DNA of 64,000 nucleotides from Dictyostelium discoideum (Eukaryota): NCBI GenBank assembly GCA_000004695.1, contig CM000152.2, positions 3,136,001 to 3,200,000 of the forward strand, read 5' to 3'. Shown piece by piece: positions 52,254 to 63,622 of this stretch (position 1 is its first letter; each line of letters starts with the position of its first letter). The notes under the pieces were generated by a model. It saw only the letters and a program-made list of their open reading frames with translations, ran no database searches and was not told where the DNA came from. The position numbers and the translations under genes were made by a program.

Positions 52254-53961
52254 ATGTCAAAAGATGAACATAAATTACCTCTTTCAAAGAGAAAGGAATC
52301 AATTATCTTTATGATGATATTATTTGCATTCCAAGTATTTATGGTTGTATTATTTTCAGTATGGGTTAGATATTCAAAGAATGAAGTGAATTATAGTACT
52401 TTAACACCTGAACAACTTCAAGAATTAGAAGCAACAGGTGGTGTAGTTCAAGAGGAAGTTACAAATATATATGGATATTTTAGAGATATTAATATTATGA
52501 TCTTTTTCGGTTTTGGTTTCTTAATGACTTTTTTACGTCGTTATGGTTATTCAGCACTCGGTTATACATTCATCATCTCTGCTTTGGTTGCACAATGGTC
52601 AGTTTTAATTTACGGTTTCTTTGAAACTGTTGATCATAAAAATGATCATGGTGGTGATTATGCCTCAACTTTCGAGATGTCCCAAACTGTGCTTTTGCAA
52701 GGTTTGTTCTGTGCTGGTGCCGTTATGATTAGTTATGGTGCTGTTCTTGGTAGAGTCACCCCATTGCAAATGTTGGTTGTGGGTATATTTGAGCCAATTT
52801 TTTATTTCTTGAATATGTTTATCGGTGAGATGAATTTAGAGGCAATTGATGTCGGTGGTGGTATGTACATTCATTTGTTTGGCTCAGTATTTGGTTTAAC
52901 CATTGCATGGTTCTTGACAGATAAGAAATCCAAAGATTGTGAAGATAATAGTCCATCCTATACTGGTGACTATTTTGCTATGGCTGGTACATTGTTCCTT
53001 TGGATGATGTGGCCATCATTCAATGCTGCAATTGCACCATTGGGCGAACCACAATTCAGAGCCATTGCCAATACATTCCTTTCATTGACTGCCTCCACTA
53101 TCGCCACATTCATCGTCACTAGATTGTTCGGTCATTTAGGTCACAAAATCGATATGGTACATGTTCAAAATAGTTCATTGGCTGGTGGTGTGGTTCAAGG
53201 TTGCTTAGCTCATATGAACATTAATCCAGGTGGTGCTATTGGTATGGGTTTTTTAGCTGGTGTAATTAGTGTAATTGGTTATCTCTTCATTTCACCATTC
53301 CTTCAACGTAGATTCAATATTCAAGATACTTGTGGTATTCATAATCTTCATTTCATGCCAGGTTTCATTGGTTCCATTGCTGCTTGTATTGCCGCTTGGA
53401 AAGGTCTTAACGATAGATCACTCTATAATCCAATTGAATTTAATCAAATTTTCCGTGCTGGTGAAGATCAAGCTAGAAATAATGCAGCTGCTACCTTCAT
53501 TTCAATTGGTATTGCAATTGCTGGTGGTTTATTCGTCGGTATGATTCTTAAGGCACTTAAAAAAGTTGGTGGTCTTAAAGCTAAACAATACTATCAAGAT
53601 AGTGCTTTCTGGCATGTACCAATCGATTATCCAAAAGATGTCGAATATGTTGTCGAACAAAATAATTTACCAATGCCAACAACTGATAATGGTGATAATG
53701 TAGTTGGTGGTGGTGTTGAAATGAAAAAGCATAATAATAATAACAATAAAAAAGAAAACGGATATCGTAGAGATTTAATCCGTTTACTCGAAACTTTAGT
53801 TAGAAACGAACAATCAACTGATTCATCCTATAGTGATTCAGATTCATCTGATGAAGAAGAAAAAGAAAGAAGAATTAGAAAATTAGCAAAGAAATCTTAT
53901 CGTCGTTCAAAGAAATCACACTCTGAACATCAACCACAACATCAACCAGAAGAATCAACTT

Positions 53962-53994
<33 letters not shown>

Positions 53995-54056
53995 CAACTG
54001 CCGAAACAACTGATAATGGTGGTTCTTCAACAAATTCACCTACTTCAAAAGTTTAA
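52254..54056 (+). CDS. Rhesus-type (Rh50) ammonium transporter with a long hydrophilic Ser/Asp/Asn-rich C-terminal tail. Single exon, 600 aa.
   Basis: There are 12 predicted TM segments. Rh-family blocks are present: FGAVLGRVTPLQMLVVGIFEPIFYFLNMFIGEMNLEAIDVGGGMYIHLFGSVFGLTIAWFL, WMMWPSFNAA and NSSLAGGVV..C. The gene lies after a 2.9-kb AT-rich upstream region. Confidence 0.85.
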
Positions 54057-54135
54057 AATTTTTTTGTTATAAATAAAAAAAAAAAAATAATAAAATTTTA
54101 TAATATGCATATATAATTATCTTTTTTTTTTAAAT

Positions 54136-54813
54136 TTAAATTTTATTTGATATTTTATTTAATAATAAAATTGATTCATTTATATTTAATTGAAAAGTTT
54201 TAATGAATGAATGTAATTTACCAAGTGAACCAATTGCAACCATACTAAATTTAGCGAAATGACCAAAACCTAATATACCACCATTAATATTACCAGCTTC
54301 AATCATTACTAATATTGCAATTTCTATTGGTTTACATATAAAATATTTAATTGTTAATAATAATTTTTCAATAAATTCCTTTGATGGTTGAATAATTTCT
54401 TTTTTATTTTGTTTAACAAGTTTTAATAAAAATTCTTTAAATATTTCAATTGATTCAAATAATTCTTTAATTCTTTTTTTTGACTAATTTAAATTATAAA
54501 AAATAAAAAAAATAAAAAAAAAAAATAAAAAATTAATATCTAAAATTATTATTATTATTGTTTATAATAATATGTATGATTAATTACCATTTGAATATAT
54601 TTTAAAGATGAAAATTTCTTTTGAACTTTTGAATATCTGAGATAAATTTTTGAAAATATAATAAATTCATTTTTACATTCAATATCAATATCTATTATTT
54701 CTAATAATTTATTTATACAATCTTGATATTCCTCTAAATTAATTTTATTATTATCTTCATTTTTATTATTTGTAATTTTCTTTTTTTTATTTAATTTTTT
54801 ATTTATATCTTCT

Positions 54814-54899
<86 letters not shown>

Positions 54900-56063
54900 G
54901 GATGAATAGTATTTTTCAAAATTATTAATAAAATCAATAACATTTTCATTTATTTCTTTTTCTTGTTGGTAATCTTTATATTTATTTTCTAAATATTCAT
55001 CACTTTGTTCTTTAAGTTGGTTAATTAAATTTTGACATATTGGTTTTGGCATTGGTTGATCTATATCTATATTATTATTACTATTATTATTGTTATTATT
55101 TGATTGATTTAAATTACCAATGATATCTTTAATTAAAGTATTTCCATTAATAATAGTTGTTATTTTTCCATTTGAATCCACTTTTGTTTCAATAACCTCT
55201 TTAATGATTGATATAGGTTTAATTTCTGAATAATTATTTATTATTATTGGTTTTTCAATTTTATTTATATTTATATTTATATTTGTATTATTATTATTAT
55301 TATTATTATTATTTGGTGTTTCAGTTTTTATCTTTTTATTTTGTTGATTTAGGTCAACGTTTATATTATCAATTGTTCTTTTATTATTTGAATTTGTTAT
55401 TGTTGTATCTAAATTGGTTGAATCAGTTTTATCTTTTTTTGAGATATTGGCTGAATCATTAACTTTTTTAGATTCTTGTTTAGTTGGTTTTGTTATTAAT
55501 TTTAACTCTGTTGTTGGTTTTGGGGAAGTTGTTGGTGTTGGTGTTGTTGTTGATGTTGTTGTTGTAGTGTTTGATGCAGATTTTGGTGCTGATGTTAATG
55601 ATGATAAAAGGTTTGTTTTGGGTGTTTGTTTTGGTGAAGGAACGATTTCCTTTTTCTTATTATCCTTTGTGGTTGTTGCTGTTGTTGTGGTTGTTGCTGT
55701 TGTAGTTGGTTTAATATTTGTTGATTTTTTAGGTTCCTCTAATTCCAAATTTTTATTACTGTTTGAAACTATATTATCTTTTTTTTTATCTGTGCTTTTA
55801 TTGTTTACATCATTTTTTGTATTTGTGGTTGTGGTAGTGGTAGCTTTTGTTTTTGGATTTGTATTTGTATTTTTTGTATTTTTTGTATTTGTATTATTAA
55901 TGGTGTTTGAGGTTGTATTATTCTTTTGATGAGAAGTTACAATATTTTGTTTGGGTTTTGTTGTTATAATAGGTTCAGATAATAAATCATCAAATAATGA
56001 TTTCTTTTTTTGCTGCTTTATTTCATTTGCTGCTTCTTTATTCGCTTTATTTTGTGCATACAT
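54136..56063 (-). CDS. Hypothetical Asn/Thr-rich protein. Exons: 56063..54588 and 54483..54136.
   Basis: The long ORF at 54555..56174 probably starts at MYAQNKANKEAANE (ATG 56063), because the upstream part is translated from an A-run. It ends ..KYIQM before a GTAATT donor. The acceptor aaattag|TCA opens an in-frame 116-codon ORF SKKRIKELFESIEIFKEFLL...ILVMIEAGNINGGILGFGHFAKFSMVAIGSLGKL...NKI*. The low-complexity middle has poly-T and poly-N runs and an in-frame (ATT)n. No domain was recognised. Confidence 0.4.
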
Positions 56064-56112
56064 TTTACATAAAATCAATTTTTTATAAAATTTGAAAATA
56101 AACAAAACGAAG

Positions 56113-56159
<47 letters not shown>

Positions 56160-56875
56160 GAATAATATTTTCATTCCTTCGTTTATTTTTTATTTACTAT
56201 TTTTTTTTTTTTTTTCAAGTTTTTTAAATATCTTATTTTTAATTTATTTATTTTATTTATTTTTTTATTCTGTTCACCCATTTATCTTTTTTAAATTTAA
56301 ATTAAATAGTTACCTTTTTTATTTTTTTTTATTTTTTATTTTTTTTTAATAATTTTTTTTTTAAATTTTAAATGAAAAAAATAAATTAAGTCAGGATTAT
56401 TTTTTTTTTATTTTTTTTATTTTTTTTTTCAAACATTCAAACTTGACATTAAATATATATATATTACCAATTCAATCAAATCAATTTTATAAATGAATAA
56501 AAAAAAAAAATAAATAAATAAACGATCAAAAAAAAAGAAAAGAAAAAAAATAAAAAAAATAAATAAATAAACGATCAAAAAAAATAATAACTTTTAATTT
56601 TGATTTTCAAAATAATTTTAATAATCAAAATTTAGTGTTTAATATCTTAAATTTTCAAATCATTTTAAGAAATTTAAAAAACGCCTGGTGGGATATATTC
56701 GGAATTCAATCCCATTTAAATTTTATTTTTTTTAATTTTTTTTTTTTTCCAGATATTTTTTTTAAAAAAAAAACAATTGTTTTTTTTTAAAAATAATTTT
56801 TTTATTTTTTTATTTTTTTATTTTTTTTGTACAATCAGTTTTTAGAATACCATATTAAACAAAACAAAAAAAAAA

Positions 56876-57504
56876 ATGAAATTACTTTTATTATTAGTTA
56901 GCATTGTTTTATCAATTAGTTTAGCATCATCAATTGTTGTTATTCCATATTCATATCCATTATATAAACAAGTAAGTTTCTTAAAAAAAAAAAAAAAAAA
57001 AAAAAGAGGAAATAAAAGATTCTAACACCAAAAAAAAAAATAAAAAAAAAATAGTGTGATAGTCGTTGGGGAGGTAATGAAATTATTAATCAAACAATTT
57101 GTGATGTAGGTTGTTTAATGTCATCTTGCAGTATGGCAATTGCTGGTAGAGGTATTACACTTAATAATGTTGTTTCAACACCAGGTTCACTCAATTCTTG
57201 GTTACAAGCTAATAATGGTTATGTAGGTGATGATCTTTTAGAAGAGATTGCTTTAACTAGAGTTTCACCATCAATTGAATGGGTTGGTTCATATTCTGCA
57301 GCTGATTTCACTATGGATCAAGTTGTAGATATGATCAATAAACAAACCATTGTTATCATTAATGTTTTACAAGGTGCTCATTTCGTTTTGGCTGTTGGTT
57401 ATGATCAATCAAATTCTTTATTCTATGTAAATGATCCAGGTTTTGATACTCTCACCTACACTTATGCTGATGTTGTTGGTTATCGTATTTTCAATATGAA
57501 TTAA
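56876..57504 (+). CDS. Secreted peptidase C39-like (papain-fold) domain protein. Exons: 56876..56971 and 57055..57504 (181 aa).
   Basis: The signal peptide is MKLLLLLVSIVLSISLASS...YKQ, followed by GTAAGT. The acceptor aaaatag|TGT gives CDSRWGGNEIINQTICDVGCLMSSCSMAIAG...QGAHFVLAVGYDQSNSLFYVNDPG. The catalytic arrangement Q..CG.ASLAM plus GHYVVVTGYD is typical of C39-like (Peptidase_C39_2) domains. Confidence 0.5.
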
Positions 57505-57514
57505 AAAGAAAACT

Positions 57515-57547
<33 letters not shown>

Positions 57548-57670
57548 CAATAAAAAAAAAAACAATAAAAATAAAAAACTAAACATGTATAGTGTTTGGT
57601 TTTTAATTGTTTTGCATTCATTTTTTTTTTTTTTTTTTTTTTTTTTTCCTAAACACTTTTTAGTACAACC

Positions 57671-57709
<39 letters not shown>

Positions 57710-58119
57710 CATAAAGAATTTTTTATATTAATAATTGTATTGGTTAATAATTTTTAAAATAGATAACAGATTAATTTCTTTTTATTCATTTTTTTTTAAT
57801 AAATAAAAAGTAACATAACATGTTTGTGGTTTATTTTCAAGAATATGGTTCCAAACATTTTTTTTTTTTTTTTTTTAAAAAGGATATAATATTATTATTA
57901 ATCATTTGATTTCTATAATTATAAGAAATGAATACTTTGTATCATAATAATATTTTTTTAAAAAAAAAATGAATAATTAAAAAATAAAAAAAAGGTATTT
58001 AAATGAGGTTTTAATTTTTTTTTTTTTTAATTATAATTCTCATATAATTTTATTAATATTTGTTTTTATAGTTTTTTTTTTAAAACCTTTTTATTAAAAT
58101 TTTAAAAACAGACAAAAAA

Positions 58120-58593
58120 ATGAGATCAATCCTTATTTTATTAAGTTTATTATTAACTATTGCATTTGCATCAGCAAGTTTCCCATACCAATGTGGTCCA
58201 TATAGTTGTCAATTTGGTCAAGTTTGTAGAATTGATAATGGTGTTTCTAATTGTATTCCAATTAATGATTGCCATGAAGTTTCATTATCAACAAAAGTAG
58301 TTGGTACTTGGGTAGATGGTTCGCGTGGTAATAAAAGATTCACTCAATATGATATTACAATCACAAATAATTTAAATACAAATATTAAACAAATTTACAT
58401 TGCCACTGATTACACTTTAAGATTAAGAGATCATTCAAATAACTCAATTTGGAATGTTAACCTTTTACCAAATGGTATCCTCACTCTTCCATCATACCAA
58501 CCATCAATCAATGCTCATGCTTCCTTTACTTTTGGACTCATTATTGAAGGTACTCAACCTGCAAATTTAAATGTTTTATCAGTTTCTTTCTAA
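58120..58593 (+). CDS. Secreted Cys-rich CBM49-like protein, tandem copy 1 (157 aa).
   Basis: Same family as 22659..23132. It carries a unique Cys-to-Ser change (GVSNCIP), and the variants NNS and GLIIEG are shared with copy 3. Confidence 0.7.
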   Translation: MRSILILLSLLLTIAFASASFPYQCGPYSCQFGQVCRIDNGVSNCIPINDCHEVSLSTKVVGTWVDGSRGNKRFTQYDITITNNLNTNIKQIYIATDYTLRLRDHSNNSIWNVNLLPNGILTLPSYQPSINAHASFTFGLIIEGTQPANLNVLSVSF

Positions 58594-59243
58594 ACCATAT
58601 ATCCATTTTAAATTAATCAAAAAAATACCATAATAAATAATTTATTATTTATTTTATTTATTTTATTTTATTCTTATTTTATTTAATTTTATTTTGTTTT
58701 ATTTTTATTTTTTTTTTTTTTTATTTTATTTTATTTTATTTTATTTTTTTTTTACAATAATGATACTAATATTAAAAATTAATAAAAAAAATCTTAAATT
58801 ATCTTGTGTCATATGAATGATATCATTGGTGCAAGGCAAAAGTGAAGTAACTTTTCAAAAGTTGACGAAGGGTGATTTTTTTATTTGGAGGATTTTTTCT
58901 AAAAAAAAAAAAAAAAATAAAAGAATAAAATAAAAAAAATAAAAAAAAAAATATTTTTAGAATTTTTTAAAAAAAAAGTCAACCTGGGATCAAGATATTT
59001 TTAATTCAAATAATTGAAATGATAAAAATTCTGGTAGGCAAAAGCAATCACAAATATCTAAAAATTATTTTTAAAAAAAAAAATAAAAAAAAAAAAAATG
59101 GTTTTTTTTTTTAATATTTAAACCCATTATTTTTATTTTTTAATTTTTATTACATCATCATTCATTTCAAATAAAATAATTTTTTTTAACATTACCTCTT
59201 TTCAGTATTATTCAAATATCCTTTAAATCAACCAAATAACAAA

Positions 59244-59330
59244 ATGAAATTAAACTTTATTGGAGGCCAAAATCGTCAAGGACCAACTACCTCAAGTAAC
59301 AAACCAAGTGGAAGATCAGGTAAGATATCT
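59244..59330 (+). other. Conserved short exon-like ORF (M..GQNRQGPTTSSNKPSGRS) ending at a GTAAGA donor. A second copy lies at 61151..61232. A diverged version lies at 63016..63132 (MFPNSNGPNKMKALVAPSNSSTTSKTNNNNLPPNGRSS|GTGAGT).
   Basis: Each has an ATG, a short hydrophilic peptide ending NGRS(S/G) and a canonical 5' splice site. The peptide-GT junction is retained even in the diverged third version. No downstream coding exon was identified. Confidence 0.25.
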
Positions 59331-60111
59331 CAACTCTCTCTATCTCTCTCTCTCTCTCTAAAACAATTAATAAATAATAAACCATTACTGACATTTATAA
59401 AAATTAAAAAAAAAAAAAACAAATAAAAAAAAAAATTAAAAAAGTTTTCTTTGCATAAATAGTATAAAACCCTTACGCGCGATTATTTTTAATTATTAAA
59501 TTAATAATAAAAAGTTAAATGAACATTTTAGAATATATTAAACCCTAATTTGTTATTCATTCAATATTTTTCAATAATCATTAATTATTTAAATAATTAA
59601 GTTTTTATTATTAGTTTAATAATTTCCAAATATTTTTTATATTTCAAAAAATAAAAAAAATAAAAAAAAAAAAATAAAAAAAAATAAATTAATTAAATCG
59701 AAAAACATATAATGTTTTTTTTTTTTTTTTTGCTGGAAAAATAAAAAAAATTAAAATTTGTTTTGGGTGGGATCTATTTTTTTTTTTTAAATAACAATTA
59801 TTTGATACTAGCTTTTATTATTCAAAAAAAAAAAAAAAATGTAAGGAGGTAATACATCTTGAGATTGTACCATCTATTATTTAAAAAAAAGAAATTTTAT
59901 ATTATTAATTACTTGATTTCTAAATTAATAATAAATGAATATTTGGTGTCATAGGTATTGAAGGAAAATATTAAAAAAAAAATAATAATAAAAAAAAAGG
60001 TATTTAAAGGTTTAAATAATTATTAATTCTAAATAATTAAACATTCAAATATTAATTTTTATTAAAGCTATAAAAACAAGGTATTAAAAAAAAAAAAGAA
60101 ATCTTATTAAA

Positions 60112-60585
60112 ATGAGATCAATCCTTATTTTATTAAGTTTATTATTAACAATTGCATTTGCTTCAGCAAGTTTCCCATACCAATGTGGTCCATATAGTTG
60201 TCAATTTGGTCAAGTTTGTAGAATTGATAATGGTGTTTGTAATTGTATTCCAATTAATGATTGCCATGAAGTTTCATTATCAACAAAAGTAGTTGGTACT
60301 TGGGTAGATGGTTCACGTGGTAATAAAAGATTCACTCAATATGATATTACAATCACAAATAATTTAAATACAAATATTAAACAAATTTACATTGCCACTG
60401 ATTACACCTTAAGATTAAGAGATCATTCAAATACTTCAATTTGGAATGTTAACCTTTTACCAAATGGTATCCTCACTCTTCCATCATACCAACCATCAAT
60501 CAATGCTCATGCTTCTTTTACATTTGGTTTCATTCTTGAAGGTACTCAACCTGCAAATTTAAATGTTTTATCAGTATCTTTCTAA
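60112..60585 (+). CDS. Secreted Cys-rich CBM49-like protein, tandem copy 2 (157 aa).
   Basis: Same family. The variants NTS and GFILEG are shared with the inverted paralog at 22.7 kb. Confidence 0.7.
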   Translation: MRSILILLSLLLTIAFASASFPYQCGPYSCQFGQVCRIDNGVCNCIPINDCHEVSLSTKVVGTWVDGSRGNKRFTQYDITITNNLNTNIKQIYIATDYTLRLRDHSNTSIWNVNLLPNGILTLPSYQPSINAHASFTFGFILEGTQPANLNVLSVSF

Positions 60586-62022
60586 ACACCTATCATTTTA
60601 AGTTAATCAAAAAAACACCATAATAAATAATTTATTATTTATTTTATTTTATTTTTTTTAATTTTATTTAGTTTTATTTTATTTTATTTTAAAACGTTGT
60701 AATAATTTAAAAAACATTATTTAAATCGTTATTTTTTTTCTATTTTTTTTTTTTGAAATGTATTAATATTTAAAATTAATAAAAAAAATCTCAATTTATC
60801 TTGTGTCATATGAATGATATCATTGGCACAAGGGAAAAGTAAAGTAACTTTTAAAAATATCAGGTGATTTTTATTTATTTTTTTATTTGGATTTTTGACA
60901 ACCTGGGATCAAGATATTTTTAATTCAAATAATTGAAATGATAATTTGGGTTGGTAAAAGCAATCACAAATATCTAAAAATTATCTAAAAAAATAAAAAA
61001 AATAAAATTTTTTTTTTTTTTTTAATATTTAAACCCCATTATTTTTTTTTAGTTTTTATTACATCATCATTCATTTCAATAAAATAATTATTTTTAACAT
61101 TACCTCTTTTTTTAATATTCAATAATCCTTTAAATCTGCCAATTAACAAAATGAGAACAAGCTGGACAGGTGGCCAAAATCGTCAAGGACCAACTACCTC
61201 AAGTAACAAACCAAGCGGAAGATCAAGTAAGATATTATATTACCCCTCCAACAAATTATTAATTAAACAATCATTACTAACATTTTTAAAAATAAAAAAT
61301 TAAAATAAAATAAAATAAAAAAGTTTTCTTTGCATAAATAGTATAAAACCCTTAAGCGCAATTATTTTTAATTACTAAATTAATAATAAAAAGTTAAATG
61401 AACATTTTAGAATATATTAAACTCTAATTTGTTATTCATTCAATATTTTTTAATAATCATTAATTAATTTTTAATGAGTATTTTAATAATTTAAAATGTT
61501 TTTTATATTTCAAAAATATAATAAAAAAATAAAAATAATAAAATAATAAAATCTAAATACATTTGTAATGTTTTTTTTATTATTTCTGGAAAAAATAAAA
61601 AATGAATAAAATAAATAAAATTTGTTTTGGGTGGGTTCTATTTTTTTTAAAACACCAATTATTTTGATATTAGCTTTAACATCTATTATATTAATTTTTT
61701 AAAATATTCTGGAAAAAAATGTAAAGAGGTAATAGATCTTAAGATAGTACCATCTATTATTTAATAAATGGTAAAATGGAAACTTTTTATTATTAATTAC
61801 TTGATTTCTAAATTAATAATAAATGAATATTTGGTGTCACGGGTGTTAAAGAAAATATTAAAAAAAAAAAACAAAAAAAAAAAAAAAATAATTTAAAAAA
61901 AAAAAAAAGGTATTTAAAGTTTTTAAATTATTAATTCTAAATAATTAAATATCAATAAAAATATTTATTAAAGCTATAAAAACAGGTATTAAAAAAAAAA
62001 TTTTATTTAAATAATTATTAAA

Positions 62023-62496
62023 ATGAGATCAATTCTTATTTTATTAAGTTTATTATTATCAATTGCATTTGCATCAGCAAGTTTCCCATACCAATGTGGT
62101 CCACATAGTTGTCAATTTGGTCAAGTTTGTAGAATTGATAATGGTGTTTGTAATTGTATTCCAATTAATGATTGCCATGAGGTTTCATTATCAACAAAAG
62201 TAGTTGGTACTTGGGTAGATGGTTCGCGTGGTAATAAAAGATTCACTCAATATGATATTACAATCACAAATAATTTAAATACAAATATTAAACAAATTTA
62301 CATTGCCACTGATTACACTTTAAGATTAAGAGATCATTCAAATAACTCAATTTGGAATGTTAACCTTTTACCAAATGGTATCCTCACTCTTCCATCATAC
62401 CAACCATCAATCAATGCTCATGCTTCCTTTACTTTTGGACTCATTATTGAAGGTACTCAACCTGCAAATTTAAATGTTTTATCAGTTTCTTTCTAA
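62023..62496 (+). CDS. Secreted Cys-rich CBM49-like protein, tandem copy 3 (157 aa).
   Basis: Same family. It has unique LLSIAF and CGPHSC changes and otherwise resembles copy 1. Confidence 0.7.
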   Translation: MRSILILLSLLLSIAFASASFPYQCGPHSCQFGQVCRIDNGVCNCIPINDCHEVSLSTKVVGTWVDGSRGNKRFTQYDITITNNLNTNIKQIYIATDYTLRLRDHSNNSIWNVNLLPNGILTLPSYQPSINAHASFTFGLIIEGTQPANLNVLSVSF

Positions 62497-62891
62497 ACCA
62501 TCAAAACAAAAAAAAAAAAAATACCATAATAAATAATTTATTATTTATTTCATTTCATTTTATTTTATTTTTAATTTATTTTTTATTTCATTTCATTTTA
62601 TTTTATTTTATTTTAATATATTTTATTTTATTTTATTTTATTATATATTATTTTTTTTTGAATTTGTTTTTAGAAATGTTTATTTAAATTTATAAATTTT
62701 TTTTTAAGGGAAAAAAAAAATAAAAAGATATTTTAAATCTATGAAAACAAAAAAAAATCAGGCATATCAGTTTTTGATTGCGCAATATTTTCAAAAAAAA
62801 AAAAAATTAATAGAAATTATTTGGAAAAAAGTGGTTTTATTTTTCTTTTTTTTCCACAAATCCAAAAATATCTGGGTCGATCATATTTATA

Positions 62892-62923
<32 letters not shown>

Positions 62924-63504
62924 AATAATTTTATTTTTTTTTTTGGGTTTTAAATTTTTTTTTTTTATTTTATTTTTTTTCTTTTTTATACTTTTCAAAA
63001 ATTAGTTAATATAAAATGTTCCCAAATAGTAACGGCCCAAACAAGATGAAAGCACTTGTTGCCCCATCGAATTCATCTACCACATCCAAAACAAATAACA
63101 ACAATTTACCCCCAAATGGAAGATCAAGTGAGTTTTTTTTTTTTTTTTTTCCTCCAAACACACAAACACTAATTGTATAAAATTAATAAAAACTAATATT
63201 AATCATAAAATTTTTTTTATTTTTTTATTTTATTTTCTTCAGTTTTTGGTCCATAAAACAGTATAGTGAAACCGGATTACCTATTTACATTTAATAAATA
63301 AAGATGTAAATCAAAATGTAAAATTAAATTTATATATTTTTTTTATTTTTATTTTTATTTTTTATTTTTTTTTTATTTTTATTTTTTAAAATAGAAAAAG
63401 AAAAATTCTGTTTTTGGATGAAATACAACTTAAAGGTATATCATGACAATGATGGGAATTTTGTTGAAACTTAATTCTTCAACTGTTGACGGTATTGAAT
63501 TTTT

Positions 63505-63622
63505 GGTTAAATAATAATGATTTTTTTGTTGATTGAATTTGCTGAATTTTATTTTAAATAATTAAGTTTTTTAAATAAAATTCAGCAAATTCCACCAAGT
63601 GAAAAATCATAATTATTTAACC
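63505..63622. repeat. Foldback hairpin of about 118 nt with a perfect 20-bp inner stem.
   Basis: The inner stem GAATTTGCTGAATTTTATTT (63535-63554) pairs with AAATAAAATTCAGCAAATTC (63573-63592) across an 18-nt loop. The outer arms GGTTAAATAATAATGATTTTT and AAAAATCATAATTATTTAACC pair with 2 mismatches. Confidence 0.5.

Larger units (their letters stand above)
57985..63130 (+). repeat. Tandem triplication of a unit of about 1.9-2.0 kb. Each unit holds the secreted-protein gene, conserved non-coding blocks and a conserved short exon-like ORF.
   Basis: Units begin at about 57985, 59990 and 61905, each with a GGTATTTAAAG...TTATTAAAGCTATAAAAACA promoter-proximal block. Copies 1 and 2 share long downstream blocks (ATCTTGTGTCATATGAATGATATCATTGG..., AACCTGGGATCAAGATATTTTTAATTCAAATAATTGAAATGATAA, CTTTGCATAAATAGTATAAAACCCTTA(C/A)GCGC, AATGTAA(G/A)GAGGTAATA(C/G)ATCTTGAGAT(T/A)GTACCATCTATTATTTAA). 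Unit 3 diverges after its gene. Confidence 0.7.

Noticed and set aside
53275-53544. 89-aa ORF in an alternative frame within the Rh50 gene.
   Set aside because: It overlaps the conserved Rh50 coding frame.
55247-55929. Plus-strand ORFs of 71 and 171 aa rich in Val/Phe.
   Set aside because: They are antisense to the Asn/Thr-rich minus-strand gene. Their low-complexity composition mirrors that gene.
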